Assembly (NCBI GenBank): GCA_030158725.1
Contig: JAOASJ010000016.1
Location: forward strand, 12,616 to 76,615
From: Bacteroidia bacterium
GTDB lineage: Bacteria > Bacteroidota > Bacteroidia > NS11-12g > UBA955
Direction of reading: 5' to 3'
DNA length: 64,000 nt
Shown here: in pieces, positions 7,643 through 16,872 of the stretch
Layout of the letters: every line of letters begins with the position of its first letter
Numbering within the stretch: the first letter of the stretch is position 1
Position numbers and translations under genes: made by a program
The notes under the pieces: generated by a model
Database searches by the model: none
What the model saw: only the letters and a program-made list of their open reading frames with translations
Told to the model about the DNA's origin: nothing

Positions 7643-8859
7643 AAAATACCTGTTATTATTTTGTAGATGATATTGAAACATCTTTTGTAATCAATGATAT
7701 CAAGAGGTTTTCAAAACAATATGAAAATATTGTCTTGTTTTCGGCCGAGATTATTGATGATAAGAGTGGATTGCCTACAAACGTTAGCGTTATTGACAAT
7801 TTTATAGATTGGTCTAAATTTAACAAGCTAAAGATTGTTATTACTCAATTTTGGACTTTAATTTATTTGTACATTAGTGAAATTTTAGCACTAAAAAAGT
7901 TTCTTCCATTGAAAGAATCAATAGCTCTTTTGTGTTCTAATATTTATAAAGCAGAAGAAGTTATAAGACATTTAAATGAAAGAAAAATACACGTCAAATC
8001 GGATAGTTTATTTTATTCTTTTTGGTTCTATGACTGTATATATCTTGCCTATTTGAAAAGAATTCATTTTGCCCCAAAAATTATAACTAGAGCACATGGG
8101 GGAGATGTTTTTGAAGAAAGAAGTTCACTAAGAGGAAAAGTTCTGTTTAGAAATTTTCAGATGAAACATTTCGATTATGTTTTTTCTGTTTCCAAAATTG
8201 GAGCTGATTATCTTAGAAAAAAATATGTAAAATTTCAATCAAAGATACAAGTATCCTATTTAGGTTCAGATGAGCCTAAACACTTAAATGAAATAAATAA
8301 TGAAGTGTTTACTTTGGTTAGTTGCGCGAAAATCCGAGATATAAAACGCGTTTACTTAATTGCAGAGGCCTTAATGTACATCAATTTTCCTTTAGTTTGG
8401 TACCATTTGGGAGATGAAAATTTAGATGCACATAATGATCCTACAGTGGAAATTTATGTTCAAAACATGCTTAAATTAAAGGAAAACAAGCATGTTAAAT
8501 CAATACAGTTGGGTCAATTATCGAATGAAGAAATATTTGAATTTTACACTAAGACTAAATGTAATTTATTTATCAGTTTGTCAGCAACTGAAGGAATACC
8601 AGTTAGTATGATGGAAGCCATAAGTTTTGGGTTGCCAATTTTATCAACAGATGTTGGTGGTTGCAATGAAATTGTAAATAATATTACTGGAATTTTAATT
8701 CCTGAAAATTTGCCAGCGGAATCTATTGCAAAGTCAATAATAGAATTTAAAGATTCTGCAATGAATATCAATGATTACAGGAGAAATATTCGAACTTTTT
8801 GGATAGAAAATTTTAACCAAACCACAAACTATTCTAAGTTTTTTGAACTAATAAAATGA
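7639..8859 (+). CDS. GT4-family glycosyltransferase
   Basis: The C-terminal SLSATEGIPVSMMEAISFGLPILSTDVGGCNEIV is the E-x7-E GT-B signature. The TTG start overlaps the upstream stop. Confidence 0.75.
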   Translation: MKNTCYYFVDDIETSFVINDIKRFSKQYENIVLFSAEIIDDKSGLPTNVSVIDNFIDWSKFNKLKIVITQFWTLIYLYISEILALKKFLPLKESIALLCSNIYKAEEVIRHLNERKIHVKSDSLFYSFWFYDCIYLAYLKRIHFAPKIITRAHGGDVFEERSSLRGKVLFRNFQMKHFDYVFSVSKIGADYLRKKYVKFQSKIQVSYLGSDEPKHLNEINNEVFTLVSCAKIRDIKRVYLIAEALMYINFPLVWYHLGDENLDAHNDPTVEIYVQNMLKLKENKHVKSIQLGQLSNEEIFEFYTKTKCNLFISLSATEGIPVSMMEAISFGLPILSTDVGGCNEIVNNITGILIPENLPAESIAKSIIEFKDSAMNINDYRRNIRTFWIENFNQTTNYSKFFELIK

Positions 8860-9866
8860 ACAATCAAGTTGAAATAATCGCTGAAATAGCGCAAGCCCAT
8901 GATGGTAGTCTTGGTATTGCGCATTCATATATAGATGCACTCCATGGAACTGGAGTAGATACAATTAAATTCCAAATGCATATAGCATCTCATGAGAGTA
9001 GTGCTTACGAACAGTTTAGAGTAAATTTTAGCTATGAGGATAAAACTAGATTTGATTATTGGGACAGAATGGGATTTACCTTTGAACAATGGGTTGGGTT
9101 AAAACAACATTGTGAAGATAAAGGCTTTAAATTTTTATGCTCTCCTTTTTCAATAAAAGCAGTAGAATGGATGGAGCAACTAGGTGTTGATAGGTATAAG
9201 ATTGCAAGTGGAGAAATAACCAATTATCTAATGATTGATCGTATTTGTAGCACAGGTAAATCTATACTATTGTCTAGTGGAATGAGCAGTTATGCGGAAA
9301 TTCTAGAATCGGTGGATTTTATTCATTCACATAATGGTAAATTTGAAGGCGTGTTTCAGTGTACAACTTCATATCCAACTCCACCAGAAAAATATGGTTT
9401 GAATGTATTGGCAGAGCTAAAAAATAAAACCAATGTTAAGGTTGGTTTAAGCGACCATTCTGGAGAGGTTTTTGCACCACTTGCAGCTGTTGCTTTAGGT
9501 GCTCAAATGCTTGAAATGCATGTTGTTTTTGATAAGAAAATGTTTGGGCCAGATGCAGCATCTTCTTTAACTATTTCAGATTTTAGAACCCTTTGTGAAG
9601 GAGTAAGGAAAATTGAAAAGGCATTAAGCAATCCTATTCAAAAAGACCATGTAGAGGCTTATAAAGAAATGAAGGTAATGTTTGGAAAGTCTATAACTGC
9701 TTCAAAAGATTTGAACAAAGGCCATATAATTCGAATCGAAGATTTAGAAACTACTAAGCCAGGAGATAAAGGTATTATGGCAAAAGATTACAGCAAGATT
9801 ATTGGAAAGGAATTGAATAAAGATATTTCAATCCATCAATTTATACAAAACAGTGATTTAGTATGA
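8856..9866 (+). CDS. neuB: Nonulosonic acid synthase (NeuB/LegI family; N-acetylneuraminate or legionaminate synthase)
   Basis: 336 aa. It shows IAEIAQAHDGSLGIAHSYIDA, YKIASGEITNY and GLSDHSGE, plus a C-terminal SAF-like segment (IIRIEDLETTKPGDKGI). Confidence 0.85.
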   Translation: MNNQVEIIAEIAQAHDGSLGIAHSYIDALHGTGVDTIKFQMHIASHESSAYEQFRVNFSYEDKTRFDYWDRMGFTFEQWVGLKQHCEDKGFKFLCSPFSIKAVEWMEQLGVDRYKIASGEITNYLMIDRICSTGKSILLSSGMSSYAEILESVDFIHSHNGKFEGVFQCTTSYPTPPEKYGLNVLAELKNKTNVKVGLSDHSGEVFAPLAAVALGAQMLEMHVVFDKKMFGPDAASSLTISDFRTLCEGVRKIEKALSNPIQKDHVEAYKEMKVMFGKSITASKDLNKGHIIRIEDLETTKPGDKGIMAKDYSKIIGKELNKDISIHQFIQNSDLV

Positions 9867-11020
9867 AAAAAAGAAAAATTTGTGTCATAATAACAGCTCG
9901 CCCAAGTTATAGTAGGGTAAGAACTGCTTTAATTGCTATTAACAATCATCCCGATTTGGAATTGCAATTGGTTGTGGCGGCTTCTGCATTGCTTGATCGA
10001 TATGGTTCAACCATAAATTACATTGAGGCTGATGGTTTTAAAATTGCCGAGAAGGTGTATATGATCATTGAAGGTGCAACTTTAACCAGTTCAGCTAAAA
10101 CGACAGGTATAGGAATTATGGAATTAGCCACAACGTTTGATAATTTAAAACCTGATATGGTATGTACCATAGGTGATCGTTATGAAACTATGGCAACAGC
10201 AATTGCAGCAAGTTATATGAATATTCCTTTGGTCCATATACAAGGGGGTGAAGTAACTGGAAATATAGATGAGAAAGTTAGACATGCAATTACCAAACTT
10301 TCAGATTTGCATCTAGTATCAAATGATGATGCAAAACAGAGGTTAATAAAAATGGGTGAGTATGAAGATAAAATTCATATTACAGGTTGTCCAAGTATAG
10401 ATATTGCTAAAATGGTTTTAGATCAACCAGAACTTGATTTTGATCCTTGTAATAAATATGGTGGAGTTGGTAAATATATTGATACCACTAAAGACTATAT
10501 TGTTGTCATGCAACACCCTGTGACCACTGAATTTGAAATGGCAAAATCTCAGGCCGAGAGTTTAATTAAGATAGTTCATGAATTAGATATGCCAGTTTTT
10601 TGGTTTTGGCCAAATCCTGATGCTGGTAGTGATGGTACAAGTAGCGCATTAAGAACACATAGAGAAGAGAATCCCGATAACCATATTCGTTTCTTTAAAA
10701 ATTTAGAAGGTGCTGATTTCCTTAAATTACTATACCATTCTAAATGTTTAATAGGAAATAGCAGTGTAGGAATTCGCGAATGTTCTTATTTAGGAATTCC
10801 AGTTGTAAATATTGGAAGCAGACAAAACAGGCGCTTAAGAGGTAAAAATGTAATTGATACAGATTACAATCAAGAAAACTTAAGAAATGCCATTTTAAAA
10901 CAAGTAAACCATGGTCATTATCCAATTGAAAATTTATATGGTAATGGTCATGCAGGTACAGCAATTGCTGATGTGTTAGTAAATGCCGGAACAGAAATTA
11001 AAAAAGTAATTAGTTATTAA
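9863..11020 (+). CDS. neuC: Hydrolysing UDP/GDP-N-acetylhexosamine 2-epimerase (NeuC/LegG family)
   Basis: 385 aa. It shows ICVIITARPSYSRV, GDRYETMATAIAAS, HIQGGEVTGNIDEKVRHAITKLS and GNSSVGIRE. Confidence 0.85.
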   Translation: MKKRKICVIITARPSYSRVRTALIAINNHPDLELQLVVAASALLDRYGSTINYIEADGFKIAEKVYMIIEGATLTSSAKTTGIGIMELATTFDNLKPDMVCTIGDRYETMATAIAASYMNIPLVHIQGGEVTGNIDEKVRHAITKLSDLHLVSNDDAKQRLIKMGEYEDKIHITGCPSIDIAKMVLDQPELDFDPCNKYGGVGKYIDTTKDYIVVMQHPVTTEFEMAKSQAESLIKIVHELDMPVFWFWPNPDAGSDGTSSALRTHREENPDNHIRFFKNLEGADFLKLLYHSKCLIGNSSVGIRECSYLGIPVVNIGSRQNRRLRGKNVIDTDYNQENLRNAILKQVNHGHYPIENLYGNGHAGTAIADVLVNAGTEIKKVISY

Positions 11021-11024
11021 AAAT

Positions 11025-12221
11025 ATGTCAAAAACGATGCACGGACTTCCTGAGGAAGTTATTTTTTGTAAAAAATGTTGTATCTCTAATCAGAGACCAA
11101 GTACAAAGAGAGAATTTTCAAAAAAAACAAGTAAAGATACAGATACCATTGGTTTAGGTGCCGATGGAATTTGTGATACTTGTAAATGGTTTGAGTTTAA
11201 AAAGACCATTGATTGGGAACAAAGAGAAAAACAATTGGAAGAATTATGTAATAAATTCAGAAGAAATGATGGAACTTATGATGTAATTGTACCTTCTAGT
11301 GGTGGAAAAGATAGTTTTTATGTAGCCCATCAATTGAAATACAAATATGGAATGAATCCACTTACTGTTACATGGGCTCCACATCAATATACAGAAATAG
11401 GTTGGAAAAATTTTGAAAGTATGATTGATGCTGGTTTTGACAATGTTTTGGTAACTCCAAATGGCAAAGTACATAGAGTGCTTACTAGATTGGCTTTCGA
11501 AAATTTAGTTAATCCTTTTCAACCATTTATTATTGGACAAAAAAATGTGGCTCCTAGAGCAGCATTACAATATGGTGTTCAGTTAATCATGTATGGTGAA
11601 AATCAAGCTGAGGCTCATAATAAATTAGAAGAAAATTTTAGTCCACTTATGGACATTTCTCACTTCTGTAAAAAAGAAGGTGAAGAATTATATTTTGGAG
11701 GTGTTCATATCAATGATTTAAAGAATCATGGTGTTGAAGAAAAAGATCTTTATTTATATAAACCATTAGATGAGAAAGATATTATCAATGCAGGTTTAGA
11801 GGTACATTTCTACAGTTTCTACAAAAATTGGTCTCCTCAAGAGAATTATTATTACGCAATGGAGCACTCAGGTTTTGAATCAAATCCTGATGGTAGAACT
11901 GAAGGTACTTATACTAAATTTGTTAGTTTAGATGATAAAATTGATGGTCAACATTACTACACCATGTTTATTAAATTTGGACAAGGTCGTGCCATGAATG
12001 ATGTTAATAGAGACATAAGAGATGGTTTTATAAGCCGTGAAGAAGGTATTGAATTAATTAACAAGTATGATGGTGAATTCCCTAAAAAATACTTCCAAGA
12101 AGTGTTAGATTACATGGGAATAAGCGAAGAACGCTATTGGGAAGTAATTGATAATGCACGTTCTCCACATTTATGGGACAAAGTAAATGGAGAGTGGGTC
12201 TTGAAGCATAAGACTGTATAA
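11025..12221 (+). CDS. N-acetyl sugar amidotransferase (WbpG/WbuX/PseA family, PP-loop ATPase)
   Basis: It has an N-terminal Cys cluster (CKKCCISNQRPS ... CDTCKW), the PP-loop VPSSGGKDS, and the conserved IMYGENQAE. Confidence 0.8.
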   Translation: MSKTMHGLPEEVIFCKKCCISNQRPSTKREFSKKTSKDTDTIGLGADGICDTCKWFEFKKTIDWEQREKQLEELCNKFRRNDGTYDVIVPSSGGKDSFYVAHQLKYKYGMNPLTVTWAPHQYTEIGWKNFESMIDAGFDNVLVTPNGKVHRVLTRLAFENLVNPFQPFIIGQKNVAPRAALQYGVQLIMYGENQAEAHNKLEENFSPLMDISHFCKKEGEELYFGGVHINDLKNHGVEEKDLYLYKPLDEKDIINAGLEVHFYSFYKNWSPQENYYYAMEHSGFESNPDGRTEGTYTKFVSLDDKIDGQHYYTMFIKFGQGRAMNDVNRDIRDGFISREEGIELINKYDGEFPKKYFQEVLDYMGISEERYWEVIDNARSPHLWDKVNGEWVLKHKTV

Positions 12222-12304
12222 AATCAAGTTTAGATTTGTATTGCATTAAATGGGTAGTAATTTAATTTCTTAATTATTTTACCTATTCAATAGGTGTATT
12301 TTTT

Positions 12305-13054
12305 ATGAAAAGAGTAATAGCAAGATTAGATATTAAAGGCAATAGATTGGTTAAAGGTATCCATATGGAAGGATGGAGATTTTTGCCAAACCATCCCAAT
12401 GATTATTGTTACAAATACTATTTGCAAGGCGTTGATGAGATAATTTATGTCGATGCTGTTGCTAGCTTATACAACAGAGATTCACTCAAAGAAATCATAA
12501 AAAAAACAACAGATAATGTTTTTGTTCCAATTACAGTTGGAGGAGGTATTCGTTCACTCGAAGATGCCTACGATATTTTAAGAAGTGGAGCCGACAAAGT
12601 TGCAATCTGTACACAGGCCGTTAAGAACCCAGAAATAATATCAGAAATAGCCGGCAAATTTGGAAATCAATGCATGGTACTGTCTATTCAAGCAAAGAAG
12701 AATCAGTCTGGTTCCTATTCGGTTTGGTATGATGTTGCTAGAGAAAAAACAGAAATTGATGTTATTGAATGGGCTCAAAAAGGGGAAGAACTAGGTGCCG
12801 GTGAAATTCTTTTAACATGCATTGACCATGAAGGTTTAGAAAGAGGGATGAATACAGAACTTATTTCTATGGTTTCTAAAGCAGTAAATATACCTGTGAT
12901 AGCTAGCGGCGGATTAGGAAAATCAGGTCATTTTGTAGATGCTATAGAGAGCGGTGCCGATGCGGTGGCTATTGCGAAAGCATTGCATTATGACAAACTT
13001 AATATTCAAGATATTAAGAACGAAGCAAGAAGTAAAAATATAAAAGTACGTTGA
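12305..13054 (+). CDS. hisF: HisF-like cyclase subunit paralog (glycosyl amidation-associated, WbuZ-type)
   Basis: It shows VIARLDIKGNRLVKG, PITVGGGIRS, ADKVAI, the Asp-containing CIDHEG and VIASGGLG. The context is polysaccharide synthesis, not a histidine operon. Confidence 0.8.
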   Translation: MKRVIARLDIKGNRLVKGIHMEGWRFLPNHPNDYCYKYYLQGVDEIIYVDAVASLYNRDSLKEIIKKTTDNVFVPITVGGGIRSLEDAYDILRSGADKVAICTQAVKNPEIISEIAGKFGNQCMVLSIQAKKNQSGSYSVWYDVAREKTEIDVIEWAQKGEELGAGEILLTCIDHEGLERGMNTELISMVSKAVNIPVIASGGLGKSGHFVDAIESGADAVAIAKALHYDKLNIQDIKNEARSKNIKVR

Positions 13055-13686
13055 TGACAAAAAATGTTTCAATAATCGACTATGGGATGAGCAATCTTCT
13101 TAGTATTTGCCGTGCTTTTGAGCATGTTGGAGCAAATGTAAAAATAGTAAGAACTGAAGCAGAAATTCTGAATTCAGATTACCTAGTACTTCCAGGAGTT
13201 GGTGCATTTCCAGATGGAATGAATGAATTAAAGTCAAGAAATTTGATAAATCCTATTAGGAACTTCTCATTAAAGGAAAGACCACTTTTAGGCATTTGTT
13301 TGGGCATGCAGATGTTGCTATCCAAAGGATTTGAACATAAAGAAACTGAGGGTTTAGGAATCATAGAAGGAGATGTATTGCCTTTGCCTAAAAATATGCC
13401 CAATTTTAAAGTGCCAAATATTAATTGGCATGCAATAAATGAACCTTCAAATGGCAAATGGTCGAATTCTCTATTAAGTGATACAAAGATTGAAACATGT
13501 TTTTATTTTGTACACTCCTATTTTGCAAATCCAAAAGACACTAATGATGTTCTAGCTGAAAGTAGCTTTGGTACTCTGAAGTTTGCTGCAGCAGTCAAAA
13601 GAAACAATATTTGTGGAACACAATTTCACCCAGAAAAGAGTGGTGAGGATGGGTTAAAATTGTTACAAAAGTTTTTAGAGTTATAA
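13054..13686 (+). CDS. hisH: HisH-like glutamine amidotransferase subunit paralog (WbuY-type)
   Basis: It shows IIDYGMSNL, LPGVGAF, the catalytic Cys in LGICLGMQML, and FHPEKSG. I preferred the ATG at 13054 over the TTG at 13051. Confidence 0.8.
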   Translation: MTKNVSIIDYGMSNLLSICRAFEHVGANVKIVRTEAEILNSDYLVLPGVGAFPDGMNELKSRNLINPIRNFSLKERPLLGICLGMQMLLSKGFEHKETEGLGIIEGDVLPLPKNMPNFKVPNINWHAINEPSNGKWSNSLLSDTKIETCFYFVHSYFANPKDTNDVLAESSFGTLKFAAAVKRNNICGTQFHPEKSGEDGLKLLQKFLEL

Positions 13687-13691
13687 AGAAA

Positions 13692-14381
13692 ATGAAAGTT
13701 CTTTGTATAATTCCAGCAAGGGGAGGCTCGAAAGGAATTCCTAAGAAAAATATTATTGATGTCAATGGTAAGCCTTTGATAGCGTATTCTATAGAACCTG
13801 CAATTGAAGCACAAAAGCTTGGCATAATTGATAAGGTTATAGTATCCACTGATTCTGAAGAAATAGCAAATATTTCATTAAAATATGGCGCTGAAATTCC
13901 TTTTTTAAGGCCATCTGAAATCTCTGGTGATAAAGCTAAATCAGTCGAATTCATAATGCATGCACTCGACTTTTATAGCAAGCAAGGAGTTAATTACGAC
14001 ACGGTATTATTGCTTCAACCAACTTCACCTCTTCGCACATTAAACGATTTATTGGCATCTTTAAATTTATATAAGGAAGCTGAAAATGACAGTTTAATTT
14101 CTGCATATGAAGAAGAATATATAAATGACTTGGTAATTTATAGAATGGGTGAAGATGGGAAAACGTCAATACCAGTGAACCATTTGCACAACAAGGGAGT
14201 TAGAAGACAAGAACATGGTTCTTTATATGTGAGAAACGGATGTATTTATATAAGTTCTGCTGAATTAATTGGTAAAGGATATGTTATCGGTGAGACTCCT
14301 TTAATGTATATTATGGAAAAGAATAAATCCGTAAACGTTGATACAATGGAAGATTTGGAGTTGCTTAGAAAATTATTATGA
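13692..14381 (+). CDS. neuA: CMP-nonulosonic acid synthetase (acylneuraminate cytidylyltransferase family)
   Basis: 229 aa. It shows CIIPARGGSKGIPKKNI, VSTDSEEI, LLQPTSPLR and RRQE. Confidence 0.8.
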   Translation: MKVLCIIPARGGSKGIPKKNIIDVNGKPLIAYSIEPAIEAQKLGIIDKVIVSTDSEEIANISLKYGAEIPFLRPSEISGDKAKSVEFIMHALDFYSKQGVNYDTVLLLQPTSPLRTLNDLLASLNLYKEAENDSLISAYEEEYINDLVIYRMGEDGKTSIPVNHLHNKGVRRQEHGSLYVRNGCIYISSAELIGKGYVIGETPLMYIMEKNKSVNVDTMEDLELLRKLL

Positions 14382-15304
14382 AGATCGGAATTTTAGAACC
14401 AGCAGACTTCTCGAGTATAGCTTCTCATAAGTTATCTAAGATTGGAAGTATTGAAAACTATTCTGGTGAAAAATTGGAAGAATTTTTATGTAACAAGGAG
14501 ATTATTTTTGTTCGTTTAAACTTCGATATAAATAAGGGTTTTTTAGAAGCTGCACCAAATTTAAAGTACATATGTTCACCGACCACTGGCTTAAATCATA
14601 TTGATGTTAATTATTGTCAATCTAAAGGGATTGAAATAATTTCGTTAAAAGGTGAAACTGATTTTTTAAATACTATTAGGGCTACTCCAGAACATACTCT
14701 GGGTCTAATTTTAGCTTTAAAAAGAAATTACAATTTTGCTTTTTTAAAAAGCGATAACTCAGAATGGAATAGAAACCCTTATAGGGGCTATGAGATTTAT
14801 GGTAGTAAAATTGGTATTGTTGGTTTTGGAAGAGTAGGAAAAATTCTATCTTCTTATTTAAAAAACATGGGTGCTTCTGTTGCTTTCTATGATATAAATA
14901 AAGATATTCAAGAGGAAGGTGTTCACAAATTCGATTCAATAGAATCTTTAATTGATGCTTGCGAGACAGTAGTTTTATGCAGCAGTTATACTGTTGAATA
15001 CGGATCTATCATTAATGAAAAGGAAATTGATGCATTAAAGAATAAATATTTTATTAATACAGCCAGGGCAGAGTTGACAAATGAATCATATTTATCTCAA
15101 CGAGCTTTAGAAGGCCATTTTAAAGGAATAGCAATTGATGTGATTCAAAATGAGCAAAGTGCTCAAAATAATTTGAAATCATGGTTAGAAGCAGCTGATA
15201 AATACAATGTAATTGTTACTCCACATATCGGTGGAGCTACATATTCATCTATGAATAGAACGGAGGAGTTTATCAGCGATAAATTATTAATGAGTTTTGA
15301 GTAA
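14378..15304 (+). CDS. D-isomer-specific 2-hydroxyacid dehydrogenase family protein
   Basis: It has the NAD loop IGIVGFGRVGK, ARAEL and the catalytic-region VTPHIGGAT. Its start overlaps the neuA-like stop (ATGA). Confidence 0.7.
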   Translation: MKIGILEPADFSSIASHKLSKIGSIENYSGEKLEEFLCNKEIIFVRLNFDINKGFLEAAPNLKYICSPTTGLNHIDVNYCQSKGIEIISLKGETDFLNTIRATPEHTLGLILALKRNYNFAFLKSDNSEWNRNPYRGYEIYGSKIGIVGFGRVGKILSSYLKNMGASVAFYDINKDIQEEGVHKFDSIESLIDACETVVLCSSYTVEYGSIINEKEIDALKNKYFINTARAELTNESYLSQRALEGHFKGIAIDVIQNEQSAQNNLKSWLEAADKYNVIVTPHIGGATYSSMNRTEEFISDKLLMSFE

Positions 15305-16859
15305 TAAGAAAGTTTTCATTGTTGATTCATTAAACGAAGAAGGTCTACAAAAGGCTTTAGAACTTGAATCAAATTGTATAATTAGCAATGAGGTTAAATT
15401 AAGCAGTTCTATTCCAGAGGGAATTGAGATTATTAATGCTGAAATTTATCGTGTTGACGGCACTTGGGAGATTTATAATTACATACAAAACATAGTTAAT
15501 AGACTTTGTTTAAGAACCCCAAAGCAATTTATTAGTTCTGGTATCAATTTGCAACCTGCCATGTGCAAATTGATTTATTGGACAAATTACAGATTGGGTG
15601 CATTAAAAGTAGCCTTTAATAAAATTGAGGATACAAAAAGTAACGTCAATAATTTTCAGTTTATTAATGCAAATAAATCAAAAGAAGTACTCAAATACTT
15701 TAAAAACTATCTTTCAAATAATTGGCAATGGTTAAAATCCAAACATAAAAGCTTAAAAGTATTAGAATCCAATGCTAAAATAGGAGTACTTATTAATAAT
15801 GAATTTGAATTAAAGTTATACCAAGATACAATTAAATTAATTGGAAATTGCATCGTTTTTTACAACGGAAATATTGATTTAAAAGAATATGATTTTAAAT
15901 CAGAAAAAATACAATTTGTAAATTTATCAAATTTGAAAAGAGTTGTTTATCAACCTTTTTCAAATCCATTTAACAAAAATTCTGAAGAGCTATTTGTAAC
16001 AAATATTATCTTAAAAGATTGGATTGAAATTGCAAATGAATTAGAACATTATAAATATATTAGTAAAACAGGAATAAAGAAATTATTAATAAATGTTGGT
16101 GAGAATTTAGCATTGAGAAATTTAATGCCACAAGTTTTTGAATCTAATATAATGGTCTATAATTCCATGAATGGTTTGAAAAGTGCTGAGGGGCATGATG
16201 CAGATGTCAATTTTGATAAATGGTTTGTTTGGGATCAGGATATGTTTAATCTGTTAAATAAACAATGTCATATACCTGCTGAAAAATTAATCATAAGTGG
16301 GCATTTGTCTGAGGATCAAATTGCAGATCATAAATTTCAAAATTCAATACAAATTGATTTAGAAAGTATTGAAAATAAAAAAGTTATTTCTATTTTTTCA
16401 GTTCGTGGTCATAGGAAAGAAAAAGTTGATGCATTTAAGGTTTTGTATGATTTTTTAGAATCGCACAAAGATTTCTTTCTAATTGTTAAACCACATCCTT
16501 TAGAAAAAATGTCTGACTATATATTTCCTAATTCCAGTTTAAAGAATGTATATTTTATTCCTGAAGAATTAAAGAACTCCAAGTCTGCTCTATTTGATCA
16601 GTTGACTTTATCAGACCTAACAATTGTATTCGGTTCAACTGTAGCATTAGAGAGTAATTGGATGGGTGTGCCTTGTATTACTTACGAATACAAAGAAAAA
16701 TCATTTATTTATAATTTAGAATCTGCAGACACTCAGCATATAAAGGATGAGAATCAATTGTTATTGAGACTCGTAAATACTGAGAAGAAGATTACTAAGT
16801 CGAATCCTTTGAAACCTAAAGTATGTGAAGTTATATCTTCACATTTATTGACTATATAA
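15297..16859 (+). CDS. Uncharacterised 520-aa protein, paralog A (GT-B-like C-terminal half with KPHP motif)
   Basis: TTG start. It shares strings with paralog B: YRV.GTW, IYWTNY, LIN.GEN, VYNSMNGLKSAEG.DA, NFD.WFVWD, KLIISGHL, KKVISIF, KPHPLEK and SDLTIVFGSTVALESNWMGVPCIT. I recognise no named family with confidence. Confidence 0.6.
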   Translation: MSNKKVFIVDSLNEEGLQKALELESNCIISNEVKLSSSIPEGIEIINAEIYRVDGTWEIYNYIQNIVNRLCLRTPKQFISSGINLQPAMCKLIYWTNYRLGALKVAFNKIEDTKSNVNNFQFINANKSKEVLKYFKNYLSNNWQWLKSKHKSLKVLESNAKIGVLINNEFELKLYQDTIKLIGNCIVFYNGNIDLKEYDFKSEKIQFVNLSNLKRVVYQPFSNPFNKNSEELFVTNIILKDWIEIANELEHYKYISKTGIKKLLINVGENLALRNLMPQVFESNIMVYNSMNGLKSAEGHDADVNFDKWFVWDQDMFNLLNKQCHIPAEKLIISGHLSEDQIADHKFQNSIQIDLESIENKKVISIFSVRGHRKEKVDAFKVLYDFLESHKDFFLIVKPHPLEKMSDYIFPNSSLKNVYFIPEELKNSKSALFDQLTLSDLTIVFGSTVALESNWMGVPCITYEYKEKSFIYNLESADTQHIKDENQLLLRLVNTEKKITKSNPLKPKVCEVISSHLLTI

Positions 16860-16872
16860 ACACTAAAACACT

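Noticed and set aside
12305-13686. The hisF/hisH-like genes as histidine biosynthesis genes
   Set aside because: No other his genes are nearby. The pair is sandwiched between an N-acetyl sugar amidotransferase and a CMP-sugar synthetase, the known context of the glycan-amidation paralogs.
13595-13954. The antisense ORF of 119 aa, and similar antisense or alternative-frame ORFs in the track (2301-2549, 5613-5837, 7066-7266, 8544-8771, 10740-10964, 11244-11474, 13179-13457, 14682-14939, 18195-18428, 19539-19883, 21146-21499, 22832-23029, 25009-25383, 28027-28230, 32358-32639, 35234-35629, 36344-36550, 38298-38606, 38895-39167, 41038-41238, 48884-49094, 49911-50099, 50919-51155, 53646-53843, 55864-56097, 60256-60495, 62906-63115, 63763-63993)
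   Set aside because: Each lies entirely or almost entirely inside a longer ORF with clear family motifs. Their translations are low-complexity with no recognisable motifs, and they lack sensible start contexts.
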